Assembly: GCA_050256425.1 (NCBI GenBank)
Contig: JBBWVW010000086.1
Location: 1,015 to 65,014, forward strand
Direction: 5' to 3'
Origin: Arenicellales bacterium
Lineage (GTDB): Bacteria; Pseudomonadota; Gammaproteobacteria; Arenicellales; UBA868
DNA length: 64,000 nt
Of the stretch, positions 1 through 10,204 are shown piece by piece. The notes under the pieces were generated by a model. That model searched no databases. It was not told where the DNA came from and saw only the letters and a list, made by a program, of their open reading frames with translations. The translations under genes and the position numbers were made by a program. Within the stretch, counting starts at the first letter, position 1. Each line of letters starts with the position of its first letter.

Positions 1-637
1 CGGTGCGGATGCGATCGAGCATCTCGATGAAATGCGCATCGGCCTGGCGAAAAGACCGTGTCAGGGTCACCGTCACCAGTGGCAGTTCGCGCAGGGTGCG
101 GGCGCTGAAAAAATACGGCGACTCGTAGCTCTCCTCGAACAGGCGCTTTTCCTCAGAACCGGCGATCACCGGTGGCAGCTGGTGCATATCGCCGACCAGC
201 ACCAGTGTCTTGCCGCCAAAAGGTACGCCGGCGCGGCCGGTGTTCAGGCGCAGCGAATCATCAATGGCATCGAGCAAGTCGGCGCGCACCATCGACACCT
301 CGTCGATCACCAGTACGTCCATTTTTTCGACCACGTCTTTGGCTGCGCCGGCAATGCGCCTGGCCCGCGGCTGCGGCCCGGGGGGCAGTTGGAACAGCGA
401 GTGAATCGTCTGGCCCTGCACGTTGAGTGCCGCGACTCCGGTGGGGGCGACCACCACCAGGTTCTTATCGAGCTCGGATCGCAACACATCGATCAGCGTG
501 GATTTACCGGTACCGGCCGAGCCGGTGACAAAAACCACCGGCGGGGTTGCCACACTCAACAGATCCAGCACCTGCTGGAACTCGTCAGTAATCTCGGTAG
601 CCACGCTGGGTTCAGGGGCGAGCGGTACAGCCGCCAT
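1..637 (-). CDS. Pif1-family (RecD-like SF1B) DNA helicase, N-terminal part; runs off the window start
   Basis: Not in the ORF track. Manual minus-strand translation gives VFVTGSAGTGKSTL (Walker A), VVAPTGVAALNVQGQTIHSLF, LVIDEVSMVRADLLD, GDMHQLPPV and LTRSFRQ, which are the Pif1 motifs. Start is ATG 637 or GTG 604. Confidence 0.85.
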   Translation of the reverse strand, partial: MAAVPLAPEPSVATEITDEFQQVLDLLSVATPPVVFVTGSAGTGKSTLIDVLRSELDKNLVVVAPTGVAALNVQGQTIHSLFQLPPGPQPRARRIAGAAKDVVEKMDVLVIDEVSMVRADLLDAIDDSLRLNTGRAGVPFGGKTLVLVGDMHQLPPVIAGSEEKRLFEESYESPYFFSARTLRELPLVTVTLTRSFRQADAHFIEMLDRIRT

Positions 638-1361
638 CGACGATCAGCTCGGTACCGGTAATAAAGGCCGCGGCATCCGAAAGCAAAAACAGGCAGGCGC
701 CGGCAATATCCTCGGTAGAGCCGACCCGCCCCAGCGGTATCTGTGCCGACAGCGCCGCCAGCGCCTCGGGATCATCGGCCCAGCGGGTCTGCATGGGCGA
801 GCGTACCGGCCCGGGCAAAATGGTGTTCGAGCGTATGGCATCGCCCGCCAACTGGATTGCCAGCGATTTAGACAGGCGGATCACCCCGGCCTTGGCAGCG
901 CCATAGGCATCCTGGGGCTGGCCGTCGCCGCGCAGTGCATCGATAGAGGCGATATGCACCATCGCCCCACCACCGCGCGCGCGCATATGCTCGGCCACAT
1001 GGCGCACGCTCAAGGCGAAAGACTTGAGATTGATCTGAAACACCCGGTCCCAGGTGTCCATGTCCATTTGCAGCACCGAACGGTCGCGATCGAACCACAG
1101 CACACCGGTGCTATTAACCAGGTAATCAATGCCCCCTTGTGCCGCTGCCACATCAGCCGCCAGCTGGCTGACAAAAGCCTCGTCGCTAAGATCACCCTGG
1201 TAATACGTCGCCTGGCCGGGGCCATTGGCAATATCCGCAGGCTGATCTTTGATATCGGCCAGGGCGACGTCGATGCCGGTGGCAAGCAACTGGTTGGCCG
1301 TGGCCAGCCCGATGCCACCGCCGGCACCACAGACCAGAGCCGATTTTCCCTTAAAGCGCAC
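612..1361 (-). CDS. Short-chain dehydrogenase/reductase (SDR)
   Basis: GAGGGIG cofactor motif, YGAAK catalytic motif and ITGTELIVDGG terminus. Start trimmed to GTG 1361. Confidence 0.9.
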   Translation of the reverse strand: MRFKGKSALVCGAGGGIGLATANQLLATGIDVALADIKDQPADIANGPGQATYYQGDLSDEAFVSQLAADVAAAQGGIDYLVNSTGVLWFDRDRSVLQMDMDTWDRVFQINLKSFALSVRHVAEHMRARGGGAMVHIASIDALRGDGQPQDAYGAAKAGVIRLSKSLAIQLAGDAIRSNTILPGPVRSPMQTRWADDPEALAALSAQIPLGRVGSTEDIAGACLFLLSDAAAFITGTELIVDGGCTARP

Positions 1362-1374
1362 GGCGAACTGGCAC

Positions 1375-2664
1375 TCATTCTTCCTCGAGCTCATCTTCGG
1401 GCAGCAGCTCGAGCAACTCGTCGCTTTCGGCCCCGGGCAGTTGCTCAACCTTACGCAAGGTACGGGCCATCGCCCGGGTACGCCGCTCGGTACTCTCGAT
1501 GGTGTTACTGGCCGTGGCCAGCTGCTTTTTGACCTTGGCCAGCACATCGCCAAACCGGCCAAACTCGGTTTTGACCGCGCCGAGCACCTGCCATACCTCG
1601 CTTGCCTGCTGCTCGATGGCGAGCGAGCGAAAGCCCAGGCGCAGGCTGTTCAGCAACGCGGCGATGGTGGTCGGGCCACTGACCATCACGCGGTAATCCT
1701 GCTGCAGCTGGCTCACCAGCCCGGGCTGGCGCAGCACCTCGGCATACAGGCCCTCGGTAGGCAGGTACAACACCGCGAAATCGGTGGTCTGCGGCGGGTT
1801 GAGGTATTTCTCGGCAATGGTCTTGGCCGACTGTGTGATCGAGCGCAACAGTTCGCGGGTGGACTGTGCCACCGCCTCGGCATCGGCGCTATTGGCGGCC
1901 TCGCTCAAGCGCAGGTAATCCTCCTGGGGAAACTTGGAATCGATGGGTAACCAGACACAATCCTTCGGATCATCACTGCGTCCGGGCAGGCGGATCGCAA
2001 ACTCGACACGCTCGGATGAATCCGCGCGGGTCGCCACGTTGCGGTCAAACTGGTCCGGGGTAAGCACCTGCTCGAGAATGGCTTCGAGCTGGTATTCGGC
2101 CCAGGTGCCCCGCACCTTAACGTTGGTGAGCACATTCTTAAGGTCGCCAACCCCGGCGGCAAGACTCTGCATCTCGCCCAGGCCCTTGTGCACCGCATCC
2201 AGGCGTTCACTGACCAGCTTGAAGGATTCGCCCAGGCGTTTCTCCAGGGTCCCCTGCAGTTTCTCATCGACCGTGCGGCGCATCTCCTCGAGTTTTTTCT
2301 CGTTGGCCTCGCGCATCTGGTTCAGCTGCTCGCTGATGGTGGCACGCAGGCCCTCAAGGCGCTGCTGGTTAGTCTCAACCAGCGCCTGTACCTGGGTGGT
2401 CACGCCCTCGAGCTGCTGTTTTTGAACATTGCCCAGCTGGCCCACGGTGCTGGAGAGCGTCTGAGCGGTTTTGCTAAGGCTCCCCGAGACTTCCTCGCGC
2501 AACTCGCGGCTGCGCTTTGCGGCCTCCTCGCGGCCGTCGCGCAACTCTTCACGCACCGCCTGTTCGGCATCGCCTGAAGACTTTCGCCCGATCAGGCGCA
2601 GCAGCAGTACCAGGTTGAGCACCACCAGTACCGCCAAGGCAGCCAGCAGCAAATTGGTGTTCAT
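1375..2664 (-). CDS. rmuC: DNA recombination protein RmuC
   Basis: N-terminal TM helix, coiled coil, RGTWAEYQLE, LPIDSKFP, TTDFAVLYLPTEGLYAE. Start trimmed to ATG 2664. Confidence 0.92.
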   Translation of the reverse strand: MNTNLLLAALAVLVVLNLVLLLRLIGRKSSGDAEQAVREELRDGREEAAKRSRELREEVSGSLSKTAQTLSSTVGQLGNVQKQQLEGVTTQVQALVETNQQRLEGLRATISEQLNQMREANEKKLEEMRRTVDEKLQGTLEKRLGESFKLVSERLDAVHKGLGEMQSLAAGVGDLKNVLTNVKVRGTWAEYQLEAILEQVLTPDQFDRNVATRADSSERVEFAIRLPGRSDDPKDCVWLPIDSKFPQEDYLRLSEAANSADAEAVAQSTRELLRSITQSAKTIAEKYLNPPQTTDFAVLYLPTEGLYAEVLRQPGLVSQLQQDYRVMVSGPTTIAALLNSLRLGFRSLAIEQQASEVWQVLGAVKTEFGRFGDVLAKVKKQLATASNTIESTERRTRAMARTLRKVEQLPGAESDELLELLPEDELEEE

Positions 2665-2831
2665 AGCAGGGAAGTCTCCAGGCAACGCGGGGCTAGCCCA
2701 TTATCCACGCCCAGGCGTACCCGGGCCAATTGTGTGCAGGCGGGCATATTGTGCCCGCACCACAGATGCACCTGGTGAGCCTGTGTCCGGTGCAAAATCG
2801 CATCTCTTTTGAGTGCACGGACTTTAGCGCT

Positions 2832-3062
2832 ATGTCGCAAAAACCGCTGAGCGAGATTATCCGCCAGGCCGAAAAGCACCTTAGCCAGGGCATTCATCCC
2901 GATGATCTGGAGCGCCTGCTCGGCAGGGGCGATTTTGCTGTCTGGGAAAAAGAAGCCTGGCGGCGCTGGCGGTTGGCCCGGCCGCTGCAATCCATTCATG
3001 GTACGCGGGCGCGCCATCAAGGCCAGCGCGGCTGGAAATCGCCCATGGCTCGCGGGCTTTAA
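2832..3062 (+). CDS. Small hypothetical protein
   Basis: 76-aa ORF (MSQKPLSEIIRQAEKHL...) filling the gap divergent from rmuC; no family recognised. Confidence 0.4.
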   Translation: MSQKPLSEIIRQAEKHLSQGIHPDDLERLLGRGDFAVWEKEAWRRWRLARPLQSIHGTRARHQGQRGWKSPMARGL

Positions 3063-3127
3063 TCCCGCAGCGGCTAAGCTTAAGTACAACTGATGCTGTG
3101 CGATGCCGTGCTATCAGCATCGCAAGA

Positions 3128-3260
3128 TAAAAACAAAAGAAAAAGCCCCGCGCAGACTCAAGATTTGGGGGAGGAGAGACTGCGCGGGGCAGAGTCTGGA
3201 TACCAAAAGGAGATAAGTTACCCAGCACGCAAACGATAGCATTGCGTTCGCAGCGCTGAT
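3128..3260 (-). ncRNA. Candidate small RNA with anti-SD loops ending in an intrinsic terminator
   Basis: 15-bp hairpin (3145-3159/3176-3190, 1 mismatch) followed on the minus strand by TTTTTCTTTTGTTTT. Loop region reads UCUCCUCCCCC. A second 7-bp hairpin (3196-3225) has loop UCUCCUUUUGG. Confidence 0.45.
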
Positions 3261-3426
3261 AGTCAGACTTTCTTAGTCTTTATATAATTGTTTTCTTATG
3301 CTTATGTGCAGACATATCAAGACAAATTGATTGTTTGGACGGCACCAGCCTTGCGGCATCGATGGGTTACCTGCGTGCCAGTTGCCCCCAACCGACCGGC
3401 CAGTCACAGCGCCCGCAGTGAACCTG

Positions 3427-3741
3427 CTAAAGCACCATCTGCAGGCAATCGGTGCTGTCTATCGCCATGTGGATGAGCAGCCCTGCTGCCACGATGCGCA
3501 CCGGTTTAAATGCCAGGCCCACGAGGTAGGCCATGATGGCCGGGTAACTGTGCAGTGGATGAAAACCAATGCCACAGCGCTGCGGGTCAAATATCGGATC
3601 AGCAAGCAGGTGATCGAGATCCACCGCCATGGTGGCGAGCATGATCAGCCAGGCATAGCGCCAACGGGGGCGAAACAAAATCACGGCCACGAGCCCTGGC
3701 ACCAGCAAATGCCCAGCCATATGTATGGTGGTAGCAATCAT
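3427..3741 (-). CDS. DUF6122-like small membrane protein
   Basis: MLATMAVDLDHLLADPIFDPQRCGIGFHPLHS signature. Start trimmed to ATG 3741. Confidence 0.75.
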   Translation of the reverse strand: MIATTIHMAGHLLVPGLVAVILFRPRWRYAWLIMLATMAVDLDHLLADPIFDPQRCGIGFHPLHSYPAIMAYLVGLAFKPVRIVAAGLLIHMAIDSTDCLQMVL

Positions 3742-3899
3742 CAAGGTGTCCAGGGTAGAGTTGTTTGCAGTCGCAAGGGTCTGTCGGTGTTCATCGCTGA
3801 GATGCGGTGGATGCCGGCGCAGATGATAGCGCCTTGGCCAGCGATGCCAACACAGCCGGTACGATTGATGGGTCAGAAAAGCACACAACCGCGATCAGC

Positions 3900-4724
3900 A
3901 TGAATAAAACATCGGACAGCGCGCGTTTATCGGTCAGTTATTTCATGCCATCGGACCCCTTGGATGAACAGATCCTGGCGCTGAAAAATGATGGTGCGAT
4001 CGTTGTTCGTGATCTGGCCAACGCCACGCTGGTTGACCAGGTGGCAAGCGAACTGCAGCCGTTTTTTGATACAAAGGGCCACAATTTTGAGGATGATTTT
4101 AATGGCTATGCGACGCGCCGCCTGGCCAGCACCCTGGCGTATTCATCCGCGGCGGCCGATCTGATCGAACAAACGCATGTGCTTGCACTGCTCGACCCGA
4201 TATTGCTGCCCCACTGCACCAACTACCGCATCGGCAGCAGTACCGGCATTGAGATCCACCCCGGTGAAAAACCGCAGGTACTGCACCAGGATGATCTGAT
4301 CTACCCGATACGCATTCCCGGTATCGACTGGCAGGTCAGCGTGATGTGGGCACTGACCGACTTCACACTCGAAAACGGTGCCACCCACGTGGTGCCAGGC
4401 AGCCACCGGGTCGAGTGTGAGGGCGGCTATGAAAATGCCCCGAGCGTGCAGGCGACGATGAATCGCGGCAGCGCCTTTTTTTACCTGGGCGCTACCTGGC
4501 ACGGCGGCGGCGCCAACCGCTCAACGGCACCGCGCATGGGGCTGGTCACAACCTACGCCCTGGGCTGGCTGCGCCAGGAAGTTAACCACTACCTGACGGT
4601 GCCGCGCGAGAAAGCGCAAGGTTATTCGCGCACCGTGCAGAACCTGATGGGCTATCGCTGCCACGGGCCTTACCTGGGCCGCTTTGCCGACGATCCCGAT
4701 GGCTACTGGCACAACAAACACTGA
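3900..4724 (+). CDS. PhyH-family Fe(II)/2-oxoglutarate dioxygenase
   Basis: LHQDD (HxD), WALTDFTLENGATHVVPGSH and WHGGGAN...R motifs. Confidence 0.88.
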   Translation: MNKTSDSARLSVSYFMPSDPLDEQILALKNDGAIVVRDLANATLVDQVASELQPFFDTKGHNFEDDFNGYATRRLASTLAYSSAAADLIEQTHVLALLDPILLPHCTNYRIGSSTGIEIHPGEKPQVLHQDDLIYPIRIPGIDWQVSVMWALTDFTLENGATHVVPGSHRVECEGGYENAPSVQATMNRGSAFFYLGATWHGGGANRSTAPRMGLVTTYALGWLRQEVNHYLTVPREKAQGYSRTVQNLMGYRCHGPYLGRFADDPDGYWHNKH

Positions 4725-4741
4725 GGGAGTCTTTCGCCTCG

Positions 4742-6049
4742 ATGCCCTGTACAGACGACGCCGAGTTTGCCCTCCCGGCTGAACTTGCCAGTGAGCGCGA
4801 AGCGCTCTGGCAGGTGCAGCGCGAGCGCTTGGCCGGCTCGGCGTTTTATCAGCGTCATCACCCGCAAGCGCCACTGGCCCTGCCCACCGCTGTAGCAGGC
4901 ATTGCCCAGATGCCCTTTACCGACAAGGAGCAGTTGCGTGCCGACCAGGCGGCCTACCCGCCCTTTGGCAGCTATCTCGCCTGCCCCAGCGATCACGTGA
5001 CCCGGCTGCACCGCACCTCGGGCACCTCGGGCCAGGCAATGAACCTTGCACTATCGCCCCATGATGCAATGCTGCAGGCCAAGGTGGCCGGGCGCGCGCA
5101 GTCGGCGGCGGGCCTGGGACCTGGTGACATCGTTGTTCATTGCCTCAATTACCAGTTGTGGATGGGCGGGTTGACCGATCACCTGGGGCTGGAAGCAACC
5201 GGCGCCCTGGTGGTGCCTTTTGGCACTGGCCACACGGCGCTTTTGATCCGCACGATCCGCGAACTGGGCATCAACGCCATCTCGTGCACGCCATCCTACC
5301 CGGCCCGCCTGGCGCAGGTACTGGCAGAACAGTCCCCGGCGATAGCACCTCGAGATCTGGGCTTGCGCAAAGCCTTTATGGGCGGTGAGCCAGGCCTGGA
5401 TGATCCGGTTTTTCGCCAGCGGTTGGCAGACATCTGGGGAATGCAGGTGATGAACTCCAATTACGGTGTGAGTGATTTCCTGTGTAATTTTGCCGGCCAG
5501 TGCACGCTGCAGAACGACCTGCATTTCATGGCCATGGATGTCGCGCAGCCCGAGCTGGTGGTGCCCGGACAAACGACTGTGGTCCCCTTTGAGGCCGGCA
5601 GTGAGGGCGAGCTGGTGCTGACCCACCTCGACCGTGAATGCCAGCCGCTGCTGCGCTTTCGCACCGGCGACCTGGTGCGCCTGAGCGCCACTGATCGCTG
5701 TGCCTGCGGCCGTGGCGCCCCGCGCTTTCAGGTCATCGGGCGCACCGACGACATGATCGTGGTGCGTGGGGTCAACGCTTTTCCATCGGTGGTCGCCGCG
5801 GCCATCAACCGCTGTGAAGAACTCAATGGTGAATACCGTATCCGCCTGCCTCACCCACCCCCTTATGACCGCCTGCCGCTGGAGGCAGAGCTGGCCGACA
5901 ATAACCCGCTGAGCGACGAACTGAGTGCACAACTCAGCCGGCGCCTCAGTGATACTTTGCGTCTGGGCGTCTTGCTTACGCTGCTACCGGGCGGAGCGCT
6001 CGGTCGTAACGAGGGCAAGACCCGTCGCGTGATCCGGGAGTACAACTGA
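4742..6049 (+). CDS. Phenylacetate-CoA ligase-like (PaaK family) acyl-CoA synthetase
   Basis: HRTSGTSG, YGVSD, PLLRFRTGDL and GRTDDMIVVRGVN motifs. Confidence 0.85.
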   Translation: MPCTDDAEFALPAELASEREALWQVQRERLAGSAFYQRHHPQAPLALPTAVAGIAQMPFTDKEQLRADQAAYPPFGSYLACPSDHVTRLHRTSGTSGQAMNLALSPHDAMLQAKVAGRAQSAAGLGPGDIVVHCLNYQLWMGGLTDHLGLEATGALVVPFGTGHTALLIRTIRELGINAISCTPSYPARLAQVLAEQSPAIAPRDLGLRKAFMGGEPGLDDPVFRQRLADIWGMQVMNSNYGVSDFLCNFAGQCTLQNDLHFMAMDVAQPELVVPGQTTVVPFEAGSEGELVLTHLDRECQPLLRFRTGDLVRLSATDRCACGRGAPRFQVIGRTDDMIVVRGVNAFPSVVAAAINRCEELNGEYRIRLPHPPPYDRLPLEAELADNNPLSDELSAQLSRRLSDTLRLGVLLTLLPGGALGRNEGKTRRVIREYN

Positions 6050-6804
6050 TGACCGAAACTGTTTTGTACGAAGTGACCGATGCGGTCGCGAGCGTCACTT
6101 TAAACCGCCCCGAGCGGCTTAATGCCATCAACCCGGCACTGCTGGAGGATCTGACGGCCGCACTGGTGCGCGCCAATGCCGACCCGGCCGTACAGGCCAT
6201 CGTCCTGCGGGGTGCCGGGCGGGCTTTTTGTGCGGGCGATGACCTTAAGGAGTTTGACAGCCAGGTGGGCACCGAGACCGAGACTCGTGCTTACATAGAG
6301 CGTATCCAGGATGTGACACGGGCCTTGTGTCTTAACCGCAAGATGGTCATCGGTGCAATCCACGGCTGGGCGGTGGGCGGTGGGCTTGAGTGGGTGATCA
6401 ACTGTGACTTCGTGATCATGTCACGCGATGCGCGCTTTTTCTTTCCCGAGATCTCGCTGGGTATCTTTGTCACCGGTGCCGTCACCCGCCTGCTGACGCA
6501 GCAGATCGGATTGCAAAAAGCCCGGCGCCTGATCCTGCTCGGCGAACAATACTCAGCAAACGACGCACCCGAACTGGGATTCGACTGGCAGGTGGTCGAC
6601 CCGGACGCGGTCGATGATGAAGCCCGCGCACTGGCGAGGCGAATTGCAGCTTTGCCACCCGGGCCGGTAGGTGATCTCAAGCAGGCTTTGCGCGAGGGGG
6701 CCGATACTGATCTTGAGGGTGCGATGGCGATCGAAACCCAAGCCACACTGAAAGGCTTTCTTGACCCGGATTCGGCACAGCGGGCACGCGACCGACTCGG
6801 CTGA
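6049..6804 (+). CDS. Enoyl-CoA hydratase/isomerase family protein
   Basis: LNRPERLNA, AFCAGDDL, GWAVGGG and FPE motifs; start overlaps the upstream stop. Confidence 0.9.
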   Translation: MTETVLYEVTDAVASVTLNRPERLNAINPALLEDLTAALVRANADPAVQAIVLRGAGRAFCAGDDLKEFDSQVGTETETRAYIERIQDVTRALCLNRKMVIGAIHGWAVGGGLEWVINCDFVIMSRDARFFFPEISLGIFVTGAVTRLLTQQIGLQKARRLILLGEQYSANDAPELGFDWQVVDPDAVDDEARALARRIAALPPGPVGDLKQALREGADTDLEGAMAIETQATLKGFLDPDSAQRARDRLG

Positions 6805-6805
6805 A

Positions 6806-7375
6806 TCAACTGCGCACAGGGTTGCCGCGGCGCAGCCGAAACACCAGTATCAACAGTGCCAAAGACGCATAACTGACCGGCCACGCCCAATCGCTTCGGA
6901 TCATCAGCAGGTAATGCACCGCCACCAGGGCCAGCGCGATGTAGACCGCGCTGTGCAGGCGCTTCCAGTGACGGCCCAATCGGCGCATCGCAGCTCGCGT
7001 TGAGGTCAGCGCCAGCGCTGACAGCGTCAGCCAGGCGGCAAAGCCCAGCAACACATACGGCCGCTCGGCGATCTCTTCGGCGAGTCGGGGAAAATCCCAG
7101 CCCAGCAAAAAAGAGAGAAAGAACGAAAAATGCGCGCTGGCATAGGCAAAAGCCCACAAGCCGACGGCACGCCGGTAGCGCAGTAGCGCCGGCCAATGTG
7201 CCCAGCGGGCCACGCGTGGCAAAAGCAACACCAGCAACAGCAGGTTGAACGTCCAGATTCCCGTTTCCCAGATCAGGGATTTTTGTGGATCGACCCCCAG
7301 CGCCTGCCCCTGCCAGGCCAACGCCAGAACAATCGCCGGGGTTGCCAAGACCAGGTGTGCGGCAAGGCGAATCAA
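6806..7375 (-). CDS. msrQ: Heme-binding membrane subunit MsrQ
   Basis: RRAVGLWAFAYASAHF, WKRLHSAVY, VH; lies directly downstream of msrP. Confidence 0.88.
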   Translation of the reverse strand: MIRLAAHLVLATPAIVLALAWQGQALGVDPQKSLIWETGIWTFNLLLLVLLLPRVARWAHWPALLRYRRAVGLWAFAYASAHFSFFLSFLLGWDFPRLAEEIAERPYVLLGFAAWLTLSALALTSTRAAMRRLGRHWKRLHSAVYIALALVAVHYLLMIRSDWAWPVSYASLALLILVFRLRRGNPVRS

Positions 7376-8340
7376 CGGTACTGCTGCGCCGCCCCTGGGT
7401 ACAACTGAGCTACCTGGTCCGCGTACCCGTTGTACGGCCTTGAGGGGATGCGCTCGATCTCGCCGTCACCCCAGATGCGCCGCTCGGTTGCCTGACTCCA
7501 GCGCGGATGGGAGATATCGGGGTAGACGTTGCTGAACCAGCCATACTCTCGGGGGTTTTGCACATTCCAGGTTGCCATTGGCCGCTCTTCAGTGAAGGTG
7601 ATGCGAACAATAAACTTGGGAGACTTAAAGCCGTACTTCCACGGGACGGTGATACGAAAAGGCATACCGTTTTGTGGCAGTTCGCGATCGCCGTAAACAC
7701 CAAAAGTGGCAAAGGTGAGCGGATGCATAGCCTCTTCTATAGTCAGCGCTTCCACATAGGGCCAATCCAAGGTGCTGAAGACCGACGCCTGGCCCGGCAT
7801 CTCCTTGGGGCGCAAGACACTGGTAAAAGCAACGTAACGCGCTGACCCCAGTGGCTCAACCGCGCGGATGATGTCACGCAGCGGCCGGCCGTTGTAAGGA
7901 ATCACCATCGACCAGGCTTCAACGCAGCGAAAATCGTAAACCCGCTCCTCAAGATGGCTGAAAGGCATGCCCATCAGCTCGTCGATATCGAACGTGCCGG
8001 GCTTGGCACACAGCCCGTCGAAGCTGATCGCCCAGGGTGTCATCTGGAATGCACCAGACTCACGGTAGGGGTCAACCTTGTCCCAGCCAAACTCGTAAGC
8101 GTTGTTGTAGTGAGTCGCGGCGTGCTTGCTGGTTAACCGTTGCCCCGAACCGGCCAGGGACGGTGCCTGATCTGATATCCCGGTTTCCAGCCCTGATGCC
8201 GTTGCGGCCCTCAGCTCTGACCCGGACCTGCCAACACCATAGCGCAACGCTGCAAAACCGCCCACGGCGCAAAGACCCAGAGCGCCCGCGATAAAACGCC
8301 GGCGGCGGTAAGCGGTTTGGTCAGTTATGCGCAACATCAT
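7372..8340 (-). CDS. msrP: Protein-methionine-sulfoxide reductase catalytic subunit MsrP
   Basis: TAT signal RRRRFI; THYNNAYEFG, FRCVEAWSMVIP, PWKYGFKS and HPRWSQATER motifs. Confidence 0.92.
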   Translation of the reverse strand: MMLRITDQTAYRRRRFIAGALGLCAVGGFAALRYGVGRSGSELRAATASGLETGISDQAPSLAGSGQRLTSKHAATHYNNAYEFGWDKVDPYRESGAFQMTPWAISFDGLCAKPGTFDIDELMGMPFSHLEERVYDFRCVEAWSMVIPYNGRPLRDIIRAVEPLGSARYVAFTSVLRPKEMPGQASVFSTLDWPYVEALTIEEAMHPLTFATFGVYGDRELPQNGMPFRITVPWKYGFKSPKFIVRITFTEERPMATWNVQNPREYGWFSNVYPDISHPRWSQATERRIWGDGEIERIPSRPYNGYADQVAQLYPGAAQQYR

Positions 8341-8709
8341 TTTGCTTTTGCTATAGACCTGATTTCGACCATTATCGCCTGTTGCTCGGTCCATGCGCGT
8401 GACAAATTGGTCATCAAGGCAAGATCAAGATCGGACACAAGGTCTGGAAAATCAGTGGTTCACGCCAGAAAATAATGATTGCTTTATGGTTTTTGCTGAG
8501 TTAATGTTTGGCCCAAGTGGCCGAAATACTTGGCCCTTTGACCGAATGGCTACAGGCGAATGCCTGTAGATCTGCTGAAAGCCCTCAAAAGACGCAATCC
8601 AGTTTCTTCACTTCGCCTCCCGTATCCATTCATTTTATCCGCCCTGAGCAATGGGTTTCATCCCAGCGTACCGGGCATTTTCCTGACCTACAAGAGACTT
8701 TTTTGATTT

Positions 8710-9075
<366 letters not shown>

Positions 9076-9374
9076 GTTATAAAACCGTTACCCACAAGAA
9101 GAAGCGGGCGACCGCGACTTCTTCTGGGCAATCAGTTCCTCATACTCGGCGCCGGGTAGAACCTCGGCGCATGGGTGCCCCTGTTTTGTCCGCTGGAACT
9201 GACCGGCAGTGACAACGCGATTACCAACCTCGGTTGCAGCTTTCTCGCTCACCTCGGTGATAGCGCACGTGCTGAACCCGGGTTGAGTCTGATGACGAAA
9301 TAAATGCTGCGCCAAAGACCGTAATCAGGAATTGCGACTGCCTTTCCCAGTTAGCTCACAAATCCTACTAACGC

Positions 9375-10187
9375 CTACATTTCCCGTTGCCAGGTATAAC
9401 GTTGCACCATTTTCGCTACGATGGCGTCAAGCGTATACCCGATGATGCCAATGACTACGACCATCGCTGATAAGTGATCGTATGACAATGTTTCCCTGGC
9501 ATCTTTGATCGCGTACCCAAGGCCTGAGCTAACGCCAAGCAGTTCCGCCGGAACCAGAACCACCCATGCGACACCCAGTGCCAGTCGTATTCCCGTAAAT
9601 ATATCGAAAGCAATTGCAGGAAAAATCACCTCTAATAACGTCTGTCTAAAATTTGCCCCAAGGTTTCTGGATACCTTAAACCATGCCGGATCCACTTTCT
9701 TTAATCCAGCAGCAGTCGCGTAAACAACAGGCCAAATGGCTGCGATTGCAATGAGAAAAATAATAGCTTGATCCCACCTGGGAAAAACAAACACCAGGAT
9801 AGGCATCCAGGATAGTGGGCTCACCATTCGTAGCAATTGAAATGGCTCATTACTGATCTGCTCAGTAACTTTGCTCAGACCGATCGCTATTCCTATTGGC
9901 ACACCAATTAAGACGGCTAAGAACAATCCAATCGCCAAACGGTAACCACTCGCCAGAACATTCTCGGTAATGTATCCGGATGAGAGTAGACCCGGCACCG
10001 CCTTCATTGTTGGAACTAAACCAAACTTGATAAAACTACTCGTCTCCGGGGTAATTGCCAGAAACCAGCTACCGATCGCCCAAAGGACGAGGAGGATTCC
10101 GACTCCTGTGGCCGGGTAAAGAACTCGGTCCCTCAACCAAACCAGACTTGTGTTCCGATCGATACCTTTAATATTTTCGCTAGCCAT
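9375..10187 (-). CDS. ABC transporter permease (NrtB/CynB/SsuC-like)
   Basis: LRMVSPLSWMP, EAA-like loop (SRNLGA) and LVPAELLGVSSGLGY. Confidence 0.9.
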   Translation of the reverse strand: MASENIKGIDRNTSLVWLRDRVLYPATGVGILLVLWAIGSWFLAITPETSSFIKFGLVPTMKAVPGLLSSGYITENVLASGYRLAIGLFLAVLIGVPIGIAIGLSKVTEQISNEPFQLLRMVSPLSWMPILVFVFPRWDQAIIFLIAIAAIWPVVYATAAGLKKVDPAWFKVSRNLGANFRQTLLEVIFPAIAFDIFTGIRLALGVAWVVLVPAELLGVSSGLGYAIKDARETLSYDHLSAMVVVIGIIGYTLDAIVAKMVQRYTWQREM

Positions 10188-10204
10188 GTCTTCAATACGT
10201 TAAG

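Noticed and set aside
32-2577. Long plus-strand ORFs (32-661, 423-1532, 1249-1950 and others)
   Set aside because: Antisense shadows of Pif1, SDR and rmuC, typical of high-GC DNA.
9088-9315. 75-aa ORF at the island's left junction as a transposase remnant
   Set aside because: No recognisable DDE, integrase or other motif and no clear SD; it cannot be supported.
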